Of a stretch of DNA of 64,000 bases, positions 1 through 10,049 are shown in pieces. The notes beneath the pieces are model-generated. The model did no database searches. It saw nothing but the letters and a program-made list of their open reading frames with translations, and had not been told where the DNA came from. A program made the position numbers and the translations under genes. Origin of the DNA: Nitrososphaeria archaeon (GTDB lineage: Archaea > Thermoproteota > Nitrososphaeria > Geothermarchaeales > JDFR-13); contig JALWXN010000004.1 of NCBI GenBank assembly GCA_027078545.1, positions 832,001-896,000 on the forward strand. The letters are read 5' to 3'. Position 1 is the first letter of the stretch. Each line of letters opens with the position of its first letter.

Positions 1-120
1 GTAGCCGGGCCCCCTAGGCCTCAGGTATCTAAGGCTGTAGTACCATGTGTAGACCCCCTCCCCCAGGAGCTTCTTCGCGAGGGGGTTGGGGCTATCCTCA
101 TCACTACTCATTACAGGCAT
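1..120 (-). CDS. Partial hypothetical protein (N-terminus; runs off the window)
   Basis: ATG at 120-118 overlaps the TAA of the upstream HD gene (TAATG). Frame MPVMSSDEDSPNPLAKKLLGEGVYTWYYSLRYLRPRGPGY stays open to the edge. Confidence 0.55.
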   Translation of the reverse strand, partial: MPVMSSDEDSPNPLAKKLLGEGVYTWYYSLRYLRPRGPGY

Positions 121-722
121 TATTTACCCCGATACTCTATTTGAATATCCGTCTTTACCCTCTCCACAACCATACCAACCCATGACCTAACACCATCATC
201 CCCAATCATACCTAGGAGATCCTCCACATTCCCTAGGCTAGACCCGATGATCTCCATCACCTTAGGATCCCTAAAACCCCTCCTCCAATACTCATACCCC
301 TGTAGAAGCGTTGCTAGCTGCTCAGACAACTTATATAGAAGCGCCTCCGGAGAGCCGTCATCCATCCCACCAGGCATGTCTATGCCCAGCTCCCTAAGCA
401 TCCCGCTGAGAACCATAGCCTCACGCCTCCTATCCTCATCAGTCTTCTCAGGAGCTGGAACATCGCCCACCCTCGCCTCTGCCATGTCGTGTAGTAGGCA
501 ATACTCCACAACCCGGCCCCAGTCGACACCATCCATCTCTGACCGCCTCCTAAGTACGAGGGCTATAACGGCTGCGTGGTACATATGCCCAGCTATCGAC
601 TCACCCCTATAGATACCAGCCTCCAGCCACCCAGTCCTGACGGTATGTTTCAGGACATGGATATCCCTGGTGAGTATCTCGAAGGAGGTATCCAAGGCGT
701 GACACCCCACATAGATACACAT
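120..722 (-). CDS. HD-domain hydrolase (YfbR/HDDC2-like 5'-deoxynucleotidase); real start probably TTG at 695
   Basis: LKHTVRTGW...ESIAGHMY and LLHDMAEARVGD are motifs of the HD_3 family. Confidence 0.85.
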   Translation of the reverse strand: MCIYVGCHALDTSFEILTRDIHVLKHTVRTGWLEAGIYRGESIAGHMYHAAVIALVLRRRSEMDGVDWGRVVEYCLLHDMAEARVGDVPAPEKTDEDRRREAMVLSGMLRELGIDMPGGMDDGSPEALLYKLSEQLATLLQGYEYWRRGFRDPKVMEIIGSSLGNVEDLLGMIGDDGVRSWVGMVVERVKTDIQIEYRGK

Positions 723-758
723 AGAATTGTATGTACCCCAGGATTTAGAACAGTTTAA

Positions 759-777
759 ATTATAACACCGTTATTAT
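759..777. promoter_or_regulatory. Imperfect 19-bp palindromic operator ATTATAACACCGTTATTAT
   Basis: 17/19 identical to the perfect palindrome at 19986-20004. Lies between TATA (TTTAAAT 754-760) and ATG 785. Confidence 0.6.
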
Positions 778-784
778 CCTTGGT

Positions 785-1135
785 ATGAACAGGGTCGTGG
801 CCATCTCGGGCTTGATAGTACTACTGGCCGCTGTCCAGGTCTATATAGGCCTCAACATGTTCATGTTTGGGACTGGGGGGCTCCACCTACACATCACACT
901 GGCGGTTATACTGCTGGGCCTAGCCCATATACCCTTCCTAAGGACCACGGGGCTGGTGAAGAAGGTGTTTATGCTGATAATAGCCCTGATCACTATACAG
1001 GGAGTTATAGGGCTATACCTAGCCTTCGTTGACCAGGTTAGGCAGCTACTACTCATACACCATATCAGCGGCTGGATAATACTCCTCCTCACAATGGTCG
1101 CTGCAGCCCTAGTCCTTAGGAGCTTCAGGGCCTGA
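785..1135 (+). CDS. Small 4-TM membrane protein with intramembrane histidines
   Basis: Four hydrophobic segments; LHLHI and LIHHIS at the starts of TM2 and TM4; internal two-fold repeat. Confidence 0.75.
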   Translation: MNRVVAISGLIVLLAAVQVYIGLNMFMFGTGGLHLHITLAVILLGLAHIPFLRTTGLVKKVFMLIIALITIQGVIGLYLAFVDQVRQLLLIHHISGWIILLLTMVAAALVLRSFRA

Positions 1136-1504
1136 CCCACCTATTTTTTCCAATATCTCCATCCTATCCGGTATCAATGGGGTTATACAGAGGAACTCCG
1201 CCTCCCCATCACCATTGTTCTCATATCTATGGGGTATCCTGCTGGGTAGATACATGACGTCTCCCTCCCCGACGAGATACTCCTCATCACCTATCCTGAG
1301 CCGGATCTCACCCCTGAGCATGTACTGGAGGTGATAGACATTTGTATGTACATGGAGTGGGATCACACCACCAGGCTCAAGTATGAAGTGCCTCAGGTTA
1401 TAGTTGAACCCCCTCTCCCTAGTGGCACCCAGGACGGCCACCCTAGTCCTATACGCCCAGTCGACTGGATAGTATCTCCTATCACCCGACCTGTAGACCG
1501 GCAT
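1109..1504 (-). CDS. Cupin-2 domain protein
   Basis: PGGVIPLHVH...H motif 1 and GDVMYLPSRIPHRYEN motif 2. Confidence 0.9.
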   Translation of the reverse strand: MPVYRSGDRRYYPVDWAYRTRVAVLGATRERGFNYNLRHFILEPGGVIPLHVHTNVYHLQYMLRGEIRLRIGDEEYLVGEGDVMYLPSRIPHRYENNGDGEAEFLCITPLIPDRMEILEKIGGSGPEAPKD

Positions 1505-1535
1505 GGATAAGGATTAGGCCCTCGGGGATAGTTAA

Positions 1536-1940
1536 CTATTCAGCCCCGTGCTCCTCCCTCTTAAGCGTCTTGCTAAGAACCACGGTCCTCAGGAGGGTGA
1601 CCGCCGCGCTGATAACTAGGAGGCCCACGCCTATGGAGGCTACACCAGCGACGACCGAGTATTTACCCGGTGTCAGTAGGTCTATGCCGAGGAGTAGGAA
1701 ATACATGCCAGTAGCCACGAGTAGGGCGGCCATAACCTCCGCTATGATGTTGTCAAGATCCATCCCCCGCTCCACCCACCTAATATAGAGATATACCCCT
1801 ATATAGGTGAAGAATATGCCTAGTAGGGAGGAGAGTGTGAAGAAGGTTGGGGAATAGGTGACATATCCAATTGAGTGGAATAGTATTAGGAAGCCGAACA
1901 TGAGTATCCCCATAAGAAGGTGGCTCCTAAGGCTCGGCAT
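1536..1940 (-). CDS. Hypothetical 4-TM membrane protein (MoxR operon)
   Basis: Four hydrophobic helices; abuts the preceding gene. Confidence 0.75.
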   Translation of the reverse strand: MPSLRSHLLMGILMFGFLILFHSIGYVTYSPTFFTLSSLLGIFFTYIGVYLYIRWVERGMDLDNIIAEVMAALLVATGMYFLLLGIDLLTPGKYSVVAGVASIGVGLLVISAAVTLLRTVVLSKTLKREEHGAE

Positions 1941-1941
1941 C

Positions 1942-3015
1942 TCAGAACACCAGTCTGACGAGGAGGCGGAGTAGGCCTCTATACAGCTCGATCAGCTTCT
2001 CAAGCTCCGCCTGGTCGAACGTCTGGTTGATCACAGGGTCTAGTGGGGTCTGGTAAGGGTAGTGCGTCATGCTGGTGAGGTCGTTGAAGTACTGCTGGGC
2101 CAAGAGTGAGAAGTAGGTTATGGGGTCTCTGAATAGGTATGCTATATCTCCGAAGTATAGTATATGTATAGCGATCACCACGGCGAGGGAGAATAGGTAG
2201 GGGATGCCCTTCAGGACATTATATATCAGACGTATCCTCACGATCTTCAGGGCCCACCTCCTCTCCTTCTCATAATCCCTCATCAGGAGATCCCTCGCCT
2301 GCCCCCGAAGCCCAGCGGTATAGACGACGAGAGGCTCCACAAGGTTATAGAGGATGTATGTCACTATGGATAGGTAGGCAAGGAGAATAACCAAGTATCC
2401 AAAGTTACTCGTCACAATCTCTGTCACTAGCCCCCTAATCCTCTCGGGCACGGCCCCGGATATCTCTACAGCCGATTCGTAGAAGCGGATACCCATCTCC
2501 CTAAAGATTAGGGCTGCGCCGACAGTGAGTATCAACGCGACGGCTATGTCTATGCCTATGTAGCTGGGCCTATCAATTGTGAGGCCTACCCTCCCACCCA
2601 GCAGCCCGGGTAGTCCACTCGCCAGGTTGTGGAGAACGATCACGGCGAAGCCTAGCAGTATGATTGTGACCCCCGGCCCAACCAGTGTAGCCATTACCTC
2701 GACATCCCTATACTCGGAGACCGCCCTATACACCACGGGGTAATGGGTTATCACCCCGACCATGAAGGTCAGGAGTAGTGAGAAGACTGGTATCCAGTCC
2801 CCCCTATACCTGGCCCAGGCCAGTGAGGAGGATATACCAGTGCCTAGAGACATTACTAGGTAGATGTTCTTAACCTCCTCAACCCCCTGGGATACACCTA
2901 GATAGCGATCCAGCCATGCTGAGAAGGAGTCGTAGAGCATTATGTGGAGATATAGGATTACTATCCCAGCCGCAGCCGTCAAGACCACTGGGAATACATT
3001 CCTAACACTCTTCAT
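1942..3015 (-). CDS. Hypothetical multi-TM membrane protein (MoxR operon)
   Basis: About 7 hydrophobic helices; ATGA overlap with the DUF58 gene. Confidence 0.8.
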   Translation of the reverse strand: MKSVRNVFPVVLTAAAGIVILYLHIMLYDSFSAWLDRYLGVSQGVEEVKNIYLVMSLGTGISSSLAWARYRGDWIPVFSLLLTFMVGVITHYPVVYRAVSEYRDVEVMATLVGPGVTIILLGFAVIVLHNLASGLPGLLGGRVGLTIDRPSYIGIDIAVALILTVGAALIFREMGIRFYESAVEISGAVPERIRGLVTEIVTSNFGYLVILLAYLSIVTYILYNLVEPLVVYTAGLRGQARDLLMRDYEKERRWALKIVRIRLIYNVLKGIPYLFSLAVVIAIHILYFGDIAYLFRDPITYFSLLAQQYFNDLTSMTHYPYQTPLDPVINQTFDQAELEKLIELYRGLLRLLVRLVF

Positions 3016-4355
3016 GTAGGGGTCAGCCTCCTAAACTCCTCGAACCGGGCCATTATATAGTCAAACATCGTGTCTGGCCCAACCTCCACCACGGGGACAC
3101 CCATCGCCCCCAACCTGTCCTCGGCCTCCCTACGCCTCTCCTCGGTCTCGACCTGTGAGGCCAGGTATAAGACCCTGTCGACGCCCTCCAGCTCCCTGAT
3201 GTCGAAGTGTACGGCTGCCGGGCTTATCACATATACCACGTGGCCCATCCTCCTTAGGAGGCTGATCATCTCTACATCGCCCTCCATCGTCAGGTCTGTT
3301 ATGTAGATGTATAGCGTCTTACCCATCACCCCCATCCCCTGGATAAGCATCGAGGGTGTAGGTAAGAGATACTCATCCCTCCCTAGGAAGATGGGTACCC
3401 GGGCCAGCGTATCCGTGAACCTCTTTAGACTAGCCTCGGTTACACGTGTCAGTGGGACGGCGAGCCGGGCCACACCTGTGATTACTAGGCCCACCCTGTT
3501 ATAGCTATGTATCTGGCTAGCCACTATCTCAGCAGCCACCCTGGCTACGTAGTCATACCTCCTCTCACCAAGCCTACCAGCCAGCATCTGCCTAGTGGCT
3601 GAGATCACGATGACTATGTCCGACTCACTCTCCCTGTAATACTCCCTTAGCATGAGCTCCGCCCTCCGGGCAGTGGCCTTCCAGTCTATGAAGCGTGTAT
3701 CGTCACCAGGGACATACTCCCTAATCTCCTTGAACTCCATGCTGTAGCCATGCTCTATACTCGTCTTCACCCCAATCATGTACCTACTGCTAGCCTCGTA
3801 GGAATCTCCAGTGGCGACAGCGGGTACGGGTACACATCTTATGGCTGACACCTCGACCGCGGCGTCCCTCCTCTCAATGGTGTATATGCTCAGAACATCC
3901 CTGGTTCTGAGATATACGGGGCCGAAGACATGTGTACCGACACCCCTAACCCTGATCCTATATGTCAGGACAGCCTCGCTCCTAGGGGGTAGGTAGAATA
4001 CAGCCTTGTTACTCCCCCCTACAAGCCTCGTCGATGATGGGTAGTGATCCACGACGCTGATAGGGTAGTGCCCAACCCAGCCCCTATTCCTGATCCTGAG
4101 CCTCACAACCGCCTCCTCCCCATCCCTGACCACTCTGGGACACTCCCTAACTATCTCGAGCCTCTCCAGGGAGGCGGCTCTAAGCCTTGAGTATAGCCAT
4201 CCACCTACGAGCAATAAGTATATCACTATCGGCATTAGGATCAGGGATGGAACCGCCTCGAGCCAGAGCATCGGGATGGCTATGGAGAAGAGCGTAGCCG
4301 CTACAACTATCAAGACCTTGCCCAGGCTATTGATGCCTAGGGATACCCTACTCAT
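3012..4355 (-). CDS. DUF58 domain protein (MoxR-associated, vWA-like)
   Basis: EFKEIREYVPGDDTRFIDWKATAR signature; two N-terminal TMs; adjacent to MoxR. Confidence 0.92.
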   Translation of the reverse strand: MSRVSLGINSLGKVLIVVAATLFSIAIPMLWLEAVPSLILMPIVIYLLLVGGWLYSRLRAASLERLEIVRECPRVVRDGEEAVVRLRIRNRGWVGHYPISVVDHYPSSTRLVGGSNKAVFYLPPRSEAVLTYRIRVRGVGTHVFGPVYLRTRDVLSIYTIERRDAAVEVSAIRCVPVPAVATGDSYEASSRYMIGVKTSIEHGYSMEFKEIREYVPGDDTRFIDWKATARRAELMLREYYRESESDIVIVISATRQMLAGRLGERRYDYVARVAAEIVASQIHSYNRVGLVITGVARLAVPLTRVTEASLKRFTDTLARVPIFLGRDEYLLPTPSMLIQGMGVMGKTLYIYITDLTMEGDVEMISLLRRMGHVVYVISPAAVHFDIRELEGVDRVLYLASQVETEERRREAEDRLGAMGVPVVEVGPDTMFDYIMARFEEFRRLTPT

Positions 4356-5302
4356 ATCGGTACCCTTACGGCCCTGATAGCCTCGTCGATCACGTCCTCC
4401 GCCCTATGCCCCTTGAAGCTCGCCTCAGGAGTAAGGATTATCCTATGGGTGAAGACAGGCTTTATAAGCCTCTTGATATCCTCAGGGGCTACGTAGTCCC
4501 TCCCATTCATCATGGCATATGCCTTCGCCCCACGTATCAGGTGTAGGGCAGCCCTCGGACTTATACCCCACCTAACCCTACTATCCCCATGTATCTTCTC
4601 AATTATCTCGCCGATGTAGCGGTAGAGATCCTCACTAACAGTGACGTGGTCGATCATCCTCTGCATATCCTCGACCTCGGCCCTGGATACTATGGTCCTA
4701 GGCTCCTCCCTGGAGTATCCTCCATAGAGCTTCATAACCTCGATATACGTCTCTATAGGGGGGTAGCTCGCCACATTCTTAATCATGAACCTGTCTAGCT
4801 GGGCTGAGGGCAGTGGATAGGTCCCCTCCACCTCTATCGGGTTCTGGGTGGCTATGGTCATGAAGGGCCTAGGGAGCCTATACACCTCACCCTCAATAGT
4901 CACCTGGAGCTCCTGCATAGACTCTAGGAGGGCGCTCTGAGTCTTGGGCCCAGCCCTGTTGATCTCGTCGGCCAGCACTATATTTGCGAAGATAGGGCCC
5001 AGCCGGACCTCGAACTCACCAGTCTTCTGGTTATAGATCTTCACACCAGTTATATCGGTCGGGAGCAGGTCAGGCGTGAACTGGATCCTCTTGAAGCTGA
5101 GGTCTAGGAGCCCCGCGAAGGTCTTTGCAAGGGTCGTCTTAGCTATCCCCGGAGCCCCCTCAAGCAGTATATGCCCCTGCGAGACCAGGGCAATGAAGAG
5201 CTCCTCCTTGGTATCCTCCATCCCTATGATGAACCTGTCGAGCTCTGCACGTAGTCTACGCCAAGTATCCTGGACCAGTGTTATATCCGGCAATATATCC
5301 AC
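4352..5302 (-). CDS. moxR: MoxR family AAA+ ATPase
   Basis: HILLEGAPGIAKT, RIQFTPDLLPTDITG, LADEINRA and TQNPIEVEGTYPLPSAQLDRF. Confidence 0.97.
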   Translation of the reverse strand: MDILPDITLVQDTWRRLRAELDRFIIGMEDTKEELFIALVSQGHILLEGAPGIAKTTLAKTFAGLLDLSFKRIQFTPDLLPTDITGVKIYNQKTGEFEVRLGPIFANIVLADEINRAGPKTQSALLESMQELQVTIEGEVYRLPRPFMTIATQNPIEVEGTYPLPSAQLDRFMIKNVASYPPIETYIEVMKLYGGYSREEPRTIVSRAEVEDMQRMIDHVTVSEDLYRYIGEIIEKIHGDSRVRWGISPRAALHLIRGAKAYAMMNGRDYVAPEDIKRLIKPVFTHRIILTPEASFKGHRAEDVIDEAIRAVRVPI

Positions 5303-5354
5303 CCCGAGAGGTTAGACTAGGAATATATATCCGTGAAAATCCATAAATCGGTTC

Positions 5355-6785
5355 CTAGGCCGGTAGGAGCCTAGCAAGCTCCTCAAGTATTCGTCTAAGC
5401 TCCCTCCTCGCAAACCTCGTCGGATAGGGTGGGAAACGCCTCTCCATCCTCCTCCTAAGCCTAGCCACCCTCTCAAGGATCCTATCCACCCCGGGGGTGT
5501 CGCGGCCGAGGCCCTCCACAAGCATCTTCTCCAGGCTAACCACGTATCTATAGATATCACCCCTACCAGCGGATTCCAGGACTGTTATATAGTCCTTCTC
5601 TATCGCCACCTCGATCTCAGCCACATCACCAGGGGATATACCCGCCTCGTCCGGAACCCTGAGCCTCCGCCTAAGCTGATACGCTAGTGATACACTAGCT
5701 ATTAGGATCACCAAGATAGACCACTCCGACAATCCCCTGAAGAAGCGTGAGTAGCCCGTCTCAAACTCCCTGAAATACCTAGTCAGGGTCTCCACAACTA
5801 GGGTGCCTATATGGGGGAGCTCCACCCGAACATTCAGGGTCGCCATCTTAGATACATCGAAGACAATCTTTCCACCCTCCCTACCGGCCAGGAGGAACTC
5901 GAGGAGCCTAACCACAGGCCTCTGATACCTTTCAGACGAGAAGTAGTGGTTGATGAAGGGGGCGGTATCAGAGAGGGTTGCGAAGCGGCCGCCACCAAAA
6001 TATCCATAGGCGACCGTTCCAAACGTGGGTATATAGACCTTACCATCAGATACGGTGCTCTCACCGACGCTAAGAGCATTTAGAACCGCGGCGGACCTAT
6101 CATCAAGAGCTAGTGGGAACCCCGTAACATTTATCCATAGCTCAGTTGTCGAGTTGGGTGGCTCGATATATGGGGAGTTATACCTCCTTATCGACATCTT
6201 CACCCCTATACTCTCAACTATAGTGACCCCGTCCCCAAGATCAACCATGAGGGGGCGTGATAGATAGTCCTGACCCACAACAGCCTCTGTAGGTATGATT
6301 AGCACGATATTATTGCTAACGTCGAGCGGCAGTCTCCCCCCACATATGTTGCAGTAGGCCTCTCTAAAATCGACCTCGGCCAACTCCTTGGCGAGTGTAA
6401 AGGTGCTTATGTCTATGGGGGGCATCGTGATATAGATCGGCTCAACCAACAATCCCTTGTCAAACTCGTTTGCATAGAGGAGTGAGCCGCCACTCCTTAC
6501 ATACTCCAGTATCCTCCTCATCTCCTCAGGCGTATAGTCATCATCGGGGCCCAGAGCAATGTATAGGACGGTATCCCCGTCGAGATCCTCCGGCCCACCT
6601 ATAACTACTTGGTAGCCCCTCTCCCTGAGATACTCCGCCAGCATACTCGTGCCATACTTATCGGTGTTCCCAGGGTGGAGAGTCCCCTGTATCAGGGGTG
6701 CGGAGATTATCTTACGGGGTGCATATACCATCCCAAGAAATAGTAGGAGTATTAGGAAGATAATCACTGTGGAGCGTCTAATCAC
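5355..6785 (-). CDS. DUF4350-like membrane-anchored protein
   Basis: N-terminal TM; NTDKYGTSMLAEYL; EYVRSGGSLL; LSDTAPFIN; KIVFD; second TM. Typical MoxR-cluster member. Confidence 0.75.
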   Translation of the reverse strand: MIRRSTVIIFLILLLFLGMVYAPRKIISAPLIQGTLHPGNTDKYGTSMLAEYLRERGYQVVIGGPEDLDGDTVLYIALGPDDDYTPEEMRRILEYVRSGGSLLYANEFDKGLLVEPIYITMPPIDISTFTLAKELAEVDFREAYCNICGGRLPLDVSNNIVLIIPTEAVVGQDYLSRPLMVDLGDGVTIVESIGVKMSIRRYNSPYIEPPNSTTELWINVTGFPLALDDRSAAVLNALSVGESTVSDGKVYIPTFGTVAYGYFGGGRFATLSDTAPFINHYFSSERYQRPVVRLLEFLLAGREGGKIVFDVSKMATLNVRVELPHIGTLVVETLTRYFREFETGYSRFFRGLSEWSILVILIASVSLAYQLRRRLRVPDEAGISPGDVAEIEVAIEKDYITVLESAGRGDIYRYVVSLEKMLVEGLGRDTPGVDRILERVARLRRRMERRFPPYPTRFARRELRRILEELARLLPA

Positions 6786-7783
6786 AGCTCCTCAAGCCTC
6801 CTCCATATACGGCTCAGCCTATCCTCGCCCAGCCTCTTCCCACCATATCTATAGTCCTCGAAGCTCCTACTAACCTCGCTACCTACATCCCTGAGCCTCG
6901 GGTCACGGATCCCTACCACATGTTCAACTGGACCCATGTAGTCTGGCTTTGGATAGCCCCTCTTGCCAGCCCTGTCGAGGAAGTAGTAGTAGAAGTCTAG
7001 GGAGCCATAGATCCTCCGTCTAGGTAACGGTACACGCCTAACCCCTCTACGGAGCTTGGAGACGATCCTATCCAGCTCGTCCCCATACCTATAGAGTAGG
7101 AATGCCAGGAGGGTCGCCCCACCAACTATGAATACATAGGGGAGGAGGCCTAGGAAGCCCATCGATACACCCGGCGTGACGCCTGGCAAGACGCTTGGGA
7201 GCTGAGTAGAACCCTCAGGCTGCCTCGGGACTGGTGGCGAGACACTCTCAGGCGGGTTCACAATATCCGAGATACTAACCTCCTCAGAGGGGAGATCCGT
7301 CAATAGGTCAAGCCTATCCACAACCTCCGTGGCCGTGGCCACGACCTCCTCTGGATCAACATTGTCCGACTCGTAGGAGGCGTCTATCACCTCGGATAGG
7401 ATCCTACTTATCCTGGCTATGTCACTATTGATACCCTCTGCATCCATCTCAAGCACATTGGTCACGAGGCTATCCCTAGCGATTCTGAGCTGTGCGGCGA
7501 GGCCGGGGTCGATCTTCTCAGCGATCTCTATGGCGTTGTCCAGCTCCGCCAGTGTCTCGAGGAGGTACTGGTCTATGAGGTGGGGAGGAATCGTTGTGAG
7601 CGTTGCATTAGCGGATGTCTCGTTCCAGGCCTCGGGAGCCACGTTCCTGACATTCCCAAATACAGGTGTTATTGATGCTAGGATTACCGGGACTAGACAA
7701 ATTACTAGTGCCTCCCTCCCCACCACTACCTCCCACTTATCATAGGTGTCCCCTGGGCTACATATTTCTCCGGAGCTCCTCAA
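6782..7783 (-). CDS. DUF4129-like membrane protein; real start probably GTG near 7726
   Basis: Signal peptide, Pro-rich linker and TM, then a C-terminal 'FEDYRYGG' motif. GGAGGT SD precedes the GTG. Confidence 0.7.
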   Translation of the reverse strand: MRSSGEICSPGDTYDKWEVVVGREALVICLVPVILASITPVFGNVRNVAPEAWNETSANATLTTIPPHLIDQYLLETLAELDNAIEIAEKIDPGLAAQLRIARDSLVTNVLEMDAEGINSDIARISRILSEVIDASYESDNVDPEEVVATATEVVDRLDLLTDLPSEEVSISDIVNPPESVSPPVPRQPEGSTQLPSVLPGVTPGVSMGFLGLLPYVFIVGGATLLAFLLYRYGDELDRIVSKLRRGVRRVPLPRRRIYGSLDFYYYFLDRAGKRGYPKPDYMGPVEHVVGIRDPRLRDVGSEVSRSFEDYRYGGKRLGEDRLSRIWRRLEEL

Positions 7784-9035
7784 GTATCTCTACCGCCCGG
7801 CTATACCTAACATTCCCCTCCCTAACCATCTTCTCAGCCACGAGGTCGATCAACTCGCCCTCGGCCCCAGCCATGACCGCCAGGTTACGTGCATGCAACT
7901 TCATATGACCCCTCTGTATCCCCTCGGTGGCCAACGCCCTTATAGCGGCAAGGTTCTGCGCCAAGCCGACGGCACCCATGATCTCGGCGAGCTCCTTGGC
8001 AGTAGAGACACCCATTATCTTCAGGGCGATCCTAGCTATTGGATGAACCTTCACGGCACCCCCCACTATGCCCACCGGCATCGGCATCTCGAGGGTACCC
8101 ACGAGGTCTCCATTAGCATCCTTCTCCCACCTACTTAGGGAGGTGTAGACCCCGCTCCTCGCAGCGTAGGAATGGGCACCGGCCTCGATAGCTCTATGAT
8201 CTTGCCCCGTGGCGAGGGCCACCGCTATTACACCGTTCAGGATCCCCTTGTTATGGGTGGCTGCCCTATATGGATCCGCCTCGGCGAAGGCTGACGCGGC
8301 CACTATCCTATCAACCACATCCTCCCCACCTAGGACATCCTTCCTCACCCTCCCCCTCACCCTCACGAGCCTCCTATCAGCGAGGTTGGAGAGTATCCTG
8401 AGTAGCACCCTCCCACCAGTGATCTCCTCGATGATGGGTGCCACAGCCTCGCACATCGTGTTGACCGCGTTGGCCCCCATAGCGTCCCTAACATCGACGT
8501 AGAGGTGGACTATGAGCATGGGCCCTACCCTGGAGCCTATGATCCTGACGTCGAGGTCTTTAGCCCCTCCACCAAGCTTGGTGAGGGTCTTGCTCTGCTG
8601 GTTAGCCACCCTCAAGATCCCCTCCCTATGCCTATAGATGTCCACCCTTGCCCTCCAGGGGTCAGGCACATCTAGGACCTGTATCTGGCCGATCATCACC
8701 GGATCGGTGGCTATCGAGATTATCCCCTCCCCATCCCTCATCATCCTAGCCGCGTTGCTCGCCGCAGCCACCACTGAGGACTCCTCTATAACCATTGGTA
8801 TGAGGACATCCCTACCATTCACCCTGAAGTTCACCGCTATACCAAGGGGGTAGGGCATAGCACCCACTACATTCTCGATCATCACGTCCAGCGTCTTAGG
8901 ATCCACGTGGCCGAAGCTCCTAAGCATCCTCTTCTCCTCCTCGGTGAGACCGACCAGCTCCGCCACCTTATCTAGACGCTCCTCCATACTGAGCTTGTAG
9001 AAGCCGGGTATCCTACTGCTGTACATCCCAACCAC
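7758..9035 (-). CDS. HMG-CoA reductase, class II
   Basis: SRIPGFYKLS, IENVVG, EESSVVAAAS, DAMGAN, RILSNL, ATHNKG and EGIQRGHMKLH are class II (MvaA-type) motifs. Confidence 0.96.
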   Translation of the reverse strand: MVGMYSSRIPGFYKLSMEERLDKVAELVGLTEEEKRMLRSFGHVDPKTLDVMIENVVGAMPYPLGIAVNFRVNGRDVLIPMVIEESSVVAAASNAARMMRDGEGIISIATDPVMIGQIQVLDVPDPWRARVDIYRHREGILRVANQQSKTLTKLGGGAKDLDVRIIGSRVGPMLIVHLYVDVRDAMGANAVNTMCEAVAPIIEEITGGRVLLRILSNLADRRLVRVRGRVRKDVLGGEDVVDRIVAASAFAEADPYRAATHNKGILNGVIAVALATGQDHRAIEAGAHSYAARSGVYTSLSRWEKDANGDLVGTLEMPMPVGIVGGAVKVHPIARIALKIMGVSTAKELAEIMGAVGLAQNLAAIRALATEGIQRGHMKLHARNLAVMAGAEGELIDLVAEKMVREGNVRYSRAVEILEELRRNM

Positions 9036-9069
9036 ACAGAACTATTTTATTGCGACTAGGTATGAATAG

Positions 9070-9519
9070 CTAGTCCGCAACGACTACGATCTTCTCACCA
9101 GAGTCAAGTCTTACCGAGCCGGTCCATATATAGACGCCGCCGCCAGACTCTACACGCACCTCCTCCAAGACGCCGCCGACCCTCATGTCTATCGCGACGA
9201 CCCTATACCCATCATATTCCAGGCCTAGATCATCGATGACATATGGCGAGTAGAGGTAATAGTCCTCCCCATCAATGACCAGGACCACCCTATCCACCCT
9301 CTCCACAGGTGCCACGACAACGATTACTGCTGGGGTCGCCTGGAGGGCCAGCTCCCTGGAAGGGTATCCCAAGCCGTCGGAGGGGCCCACGCCATCGCCT
9401 CCCTCCTCACCAACCCCATAAACCTGGTCACCCGGGGCACCAGAGAGGTATATCGAGATGTATATAACCGCCCCGGATAGGACTAGGCCCAGTATAATCG
9501 GTAGGATGAGCTCCCTCAT
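9070..9519 (-). CDS. Hypothetical exported protein (N-terminal anchor, beta-rich)
   Basis: N-terminal TM, Gly/acidic linker and a beta-strand-rich domain. Confidence 0.7.
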   Translation of the reverse strand: MRELILPIILGLVLSGAVIYISIYLSGAPGDQVYGVGEEGGDGVGPSDGLGYPSRELALQATPAVIVVVAPVERVDRVVLVIDGEDYYLYSPYVIDDLGLEYDGYRVVAIDMRVGGVLEEVRVESGGGVYIWTGSVRLDSGEKIVVVAD

Positions 9520-9565
9520 ACCCTATCGATAATCTATGGGGCCCGTCACGAAATAAGGAAAAGTT

Positions 9566-9579
9566 TTTGAACATTACAG
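9566..9579 (-). promoter_or_regulatory. Putative regulator-binding motif CTGTAATGTTCAAA
   Basis: 13/14 identical to 10050-10063; ends 46 nt before the start at 9519. Confidence 0.55.
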
Positions 9580-9582
9580 TGC

Positions 9583-10002
9583 CTAGACGTAGAGCCTCCT
9601 ATAGCTACGGAGAGCCTCGAATAGGGATATCGTGGCCCCCACGAGGGAGGCCATGAGGGATATATACCAATAGGCCTGGCCCGGTGAGGGGAATAGGAGG
9701 CTGTAGACCAGGATCACCAGGAAGAAGACGGATAGAAAGAGGAGGCGTGGCACGATATACCTACCCATAAAGACGAAGTCCCGTAGATAGTCTATCTTCA
9801 CATCCCTCCTCACATAGTAGTCCCCATACCTCTTCTCCAGGAGCCCCATATGGACGAGCTTGTCGAGATGGTAGTAAGCGTGGCTAGGGCTCTTCATACC
9901 CATACCACGCATAACCTCACGGACACCCACCTTATCCTTCCCAGTCCTGAGGATGTAGAGATAGACCCTGAGCGTCGTGCCCTGGAGATCCTCCATACCC
10001 AC
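9583..10002 (-). CDS. Membrane-anchored transcription regulator (N-terminal wHTH plus 2 TM)
   Basis: LQGTTLRVYLYIL...VGVREVMRGMGMKSPSHAYYHLDKLVHMGLLEK wHTH, followed by two hydrophobic helices. Confidence 0.85.
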   Translation of the reverse strand: MGMEDLQGTTLRVYLYILRTGKDKVGVREVMRGMGMKSPSHAYYHLDKLVHMGLLEKRYGDYYVRRDVKIDYLRDFVFMGRYIVPRLLFLSVFFLVILVYSLLFPSPGQAYWYISLMASLVGATISLFEALRSYRRLYV

Positions 10003-10049
10003 TTAAATATGTGGCTCCCCTCAAAGTATATATTCTCCTCAGGCCGGAG

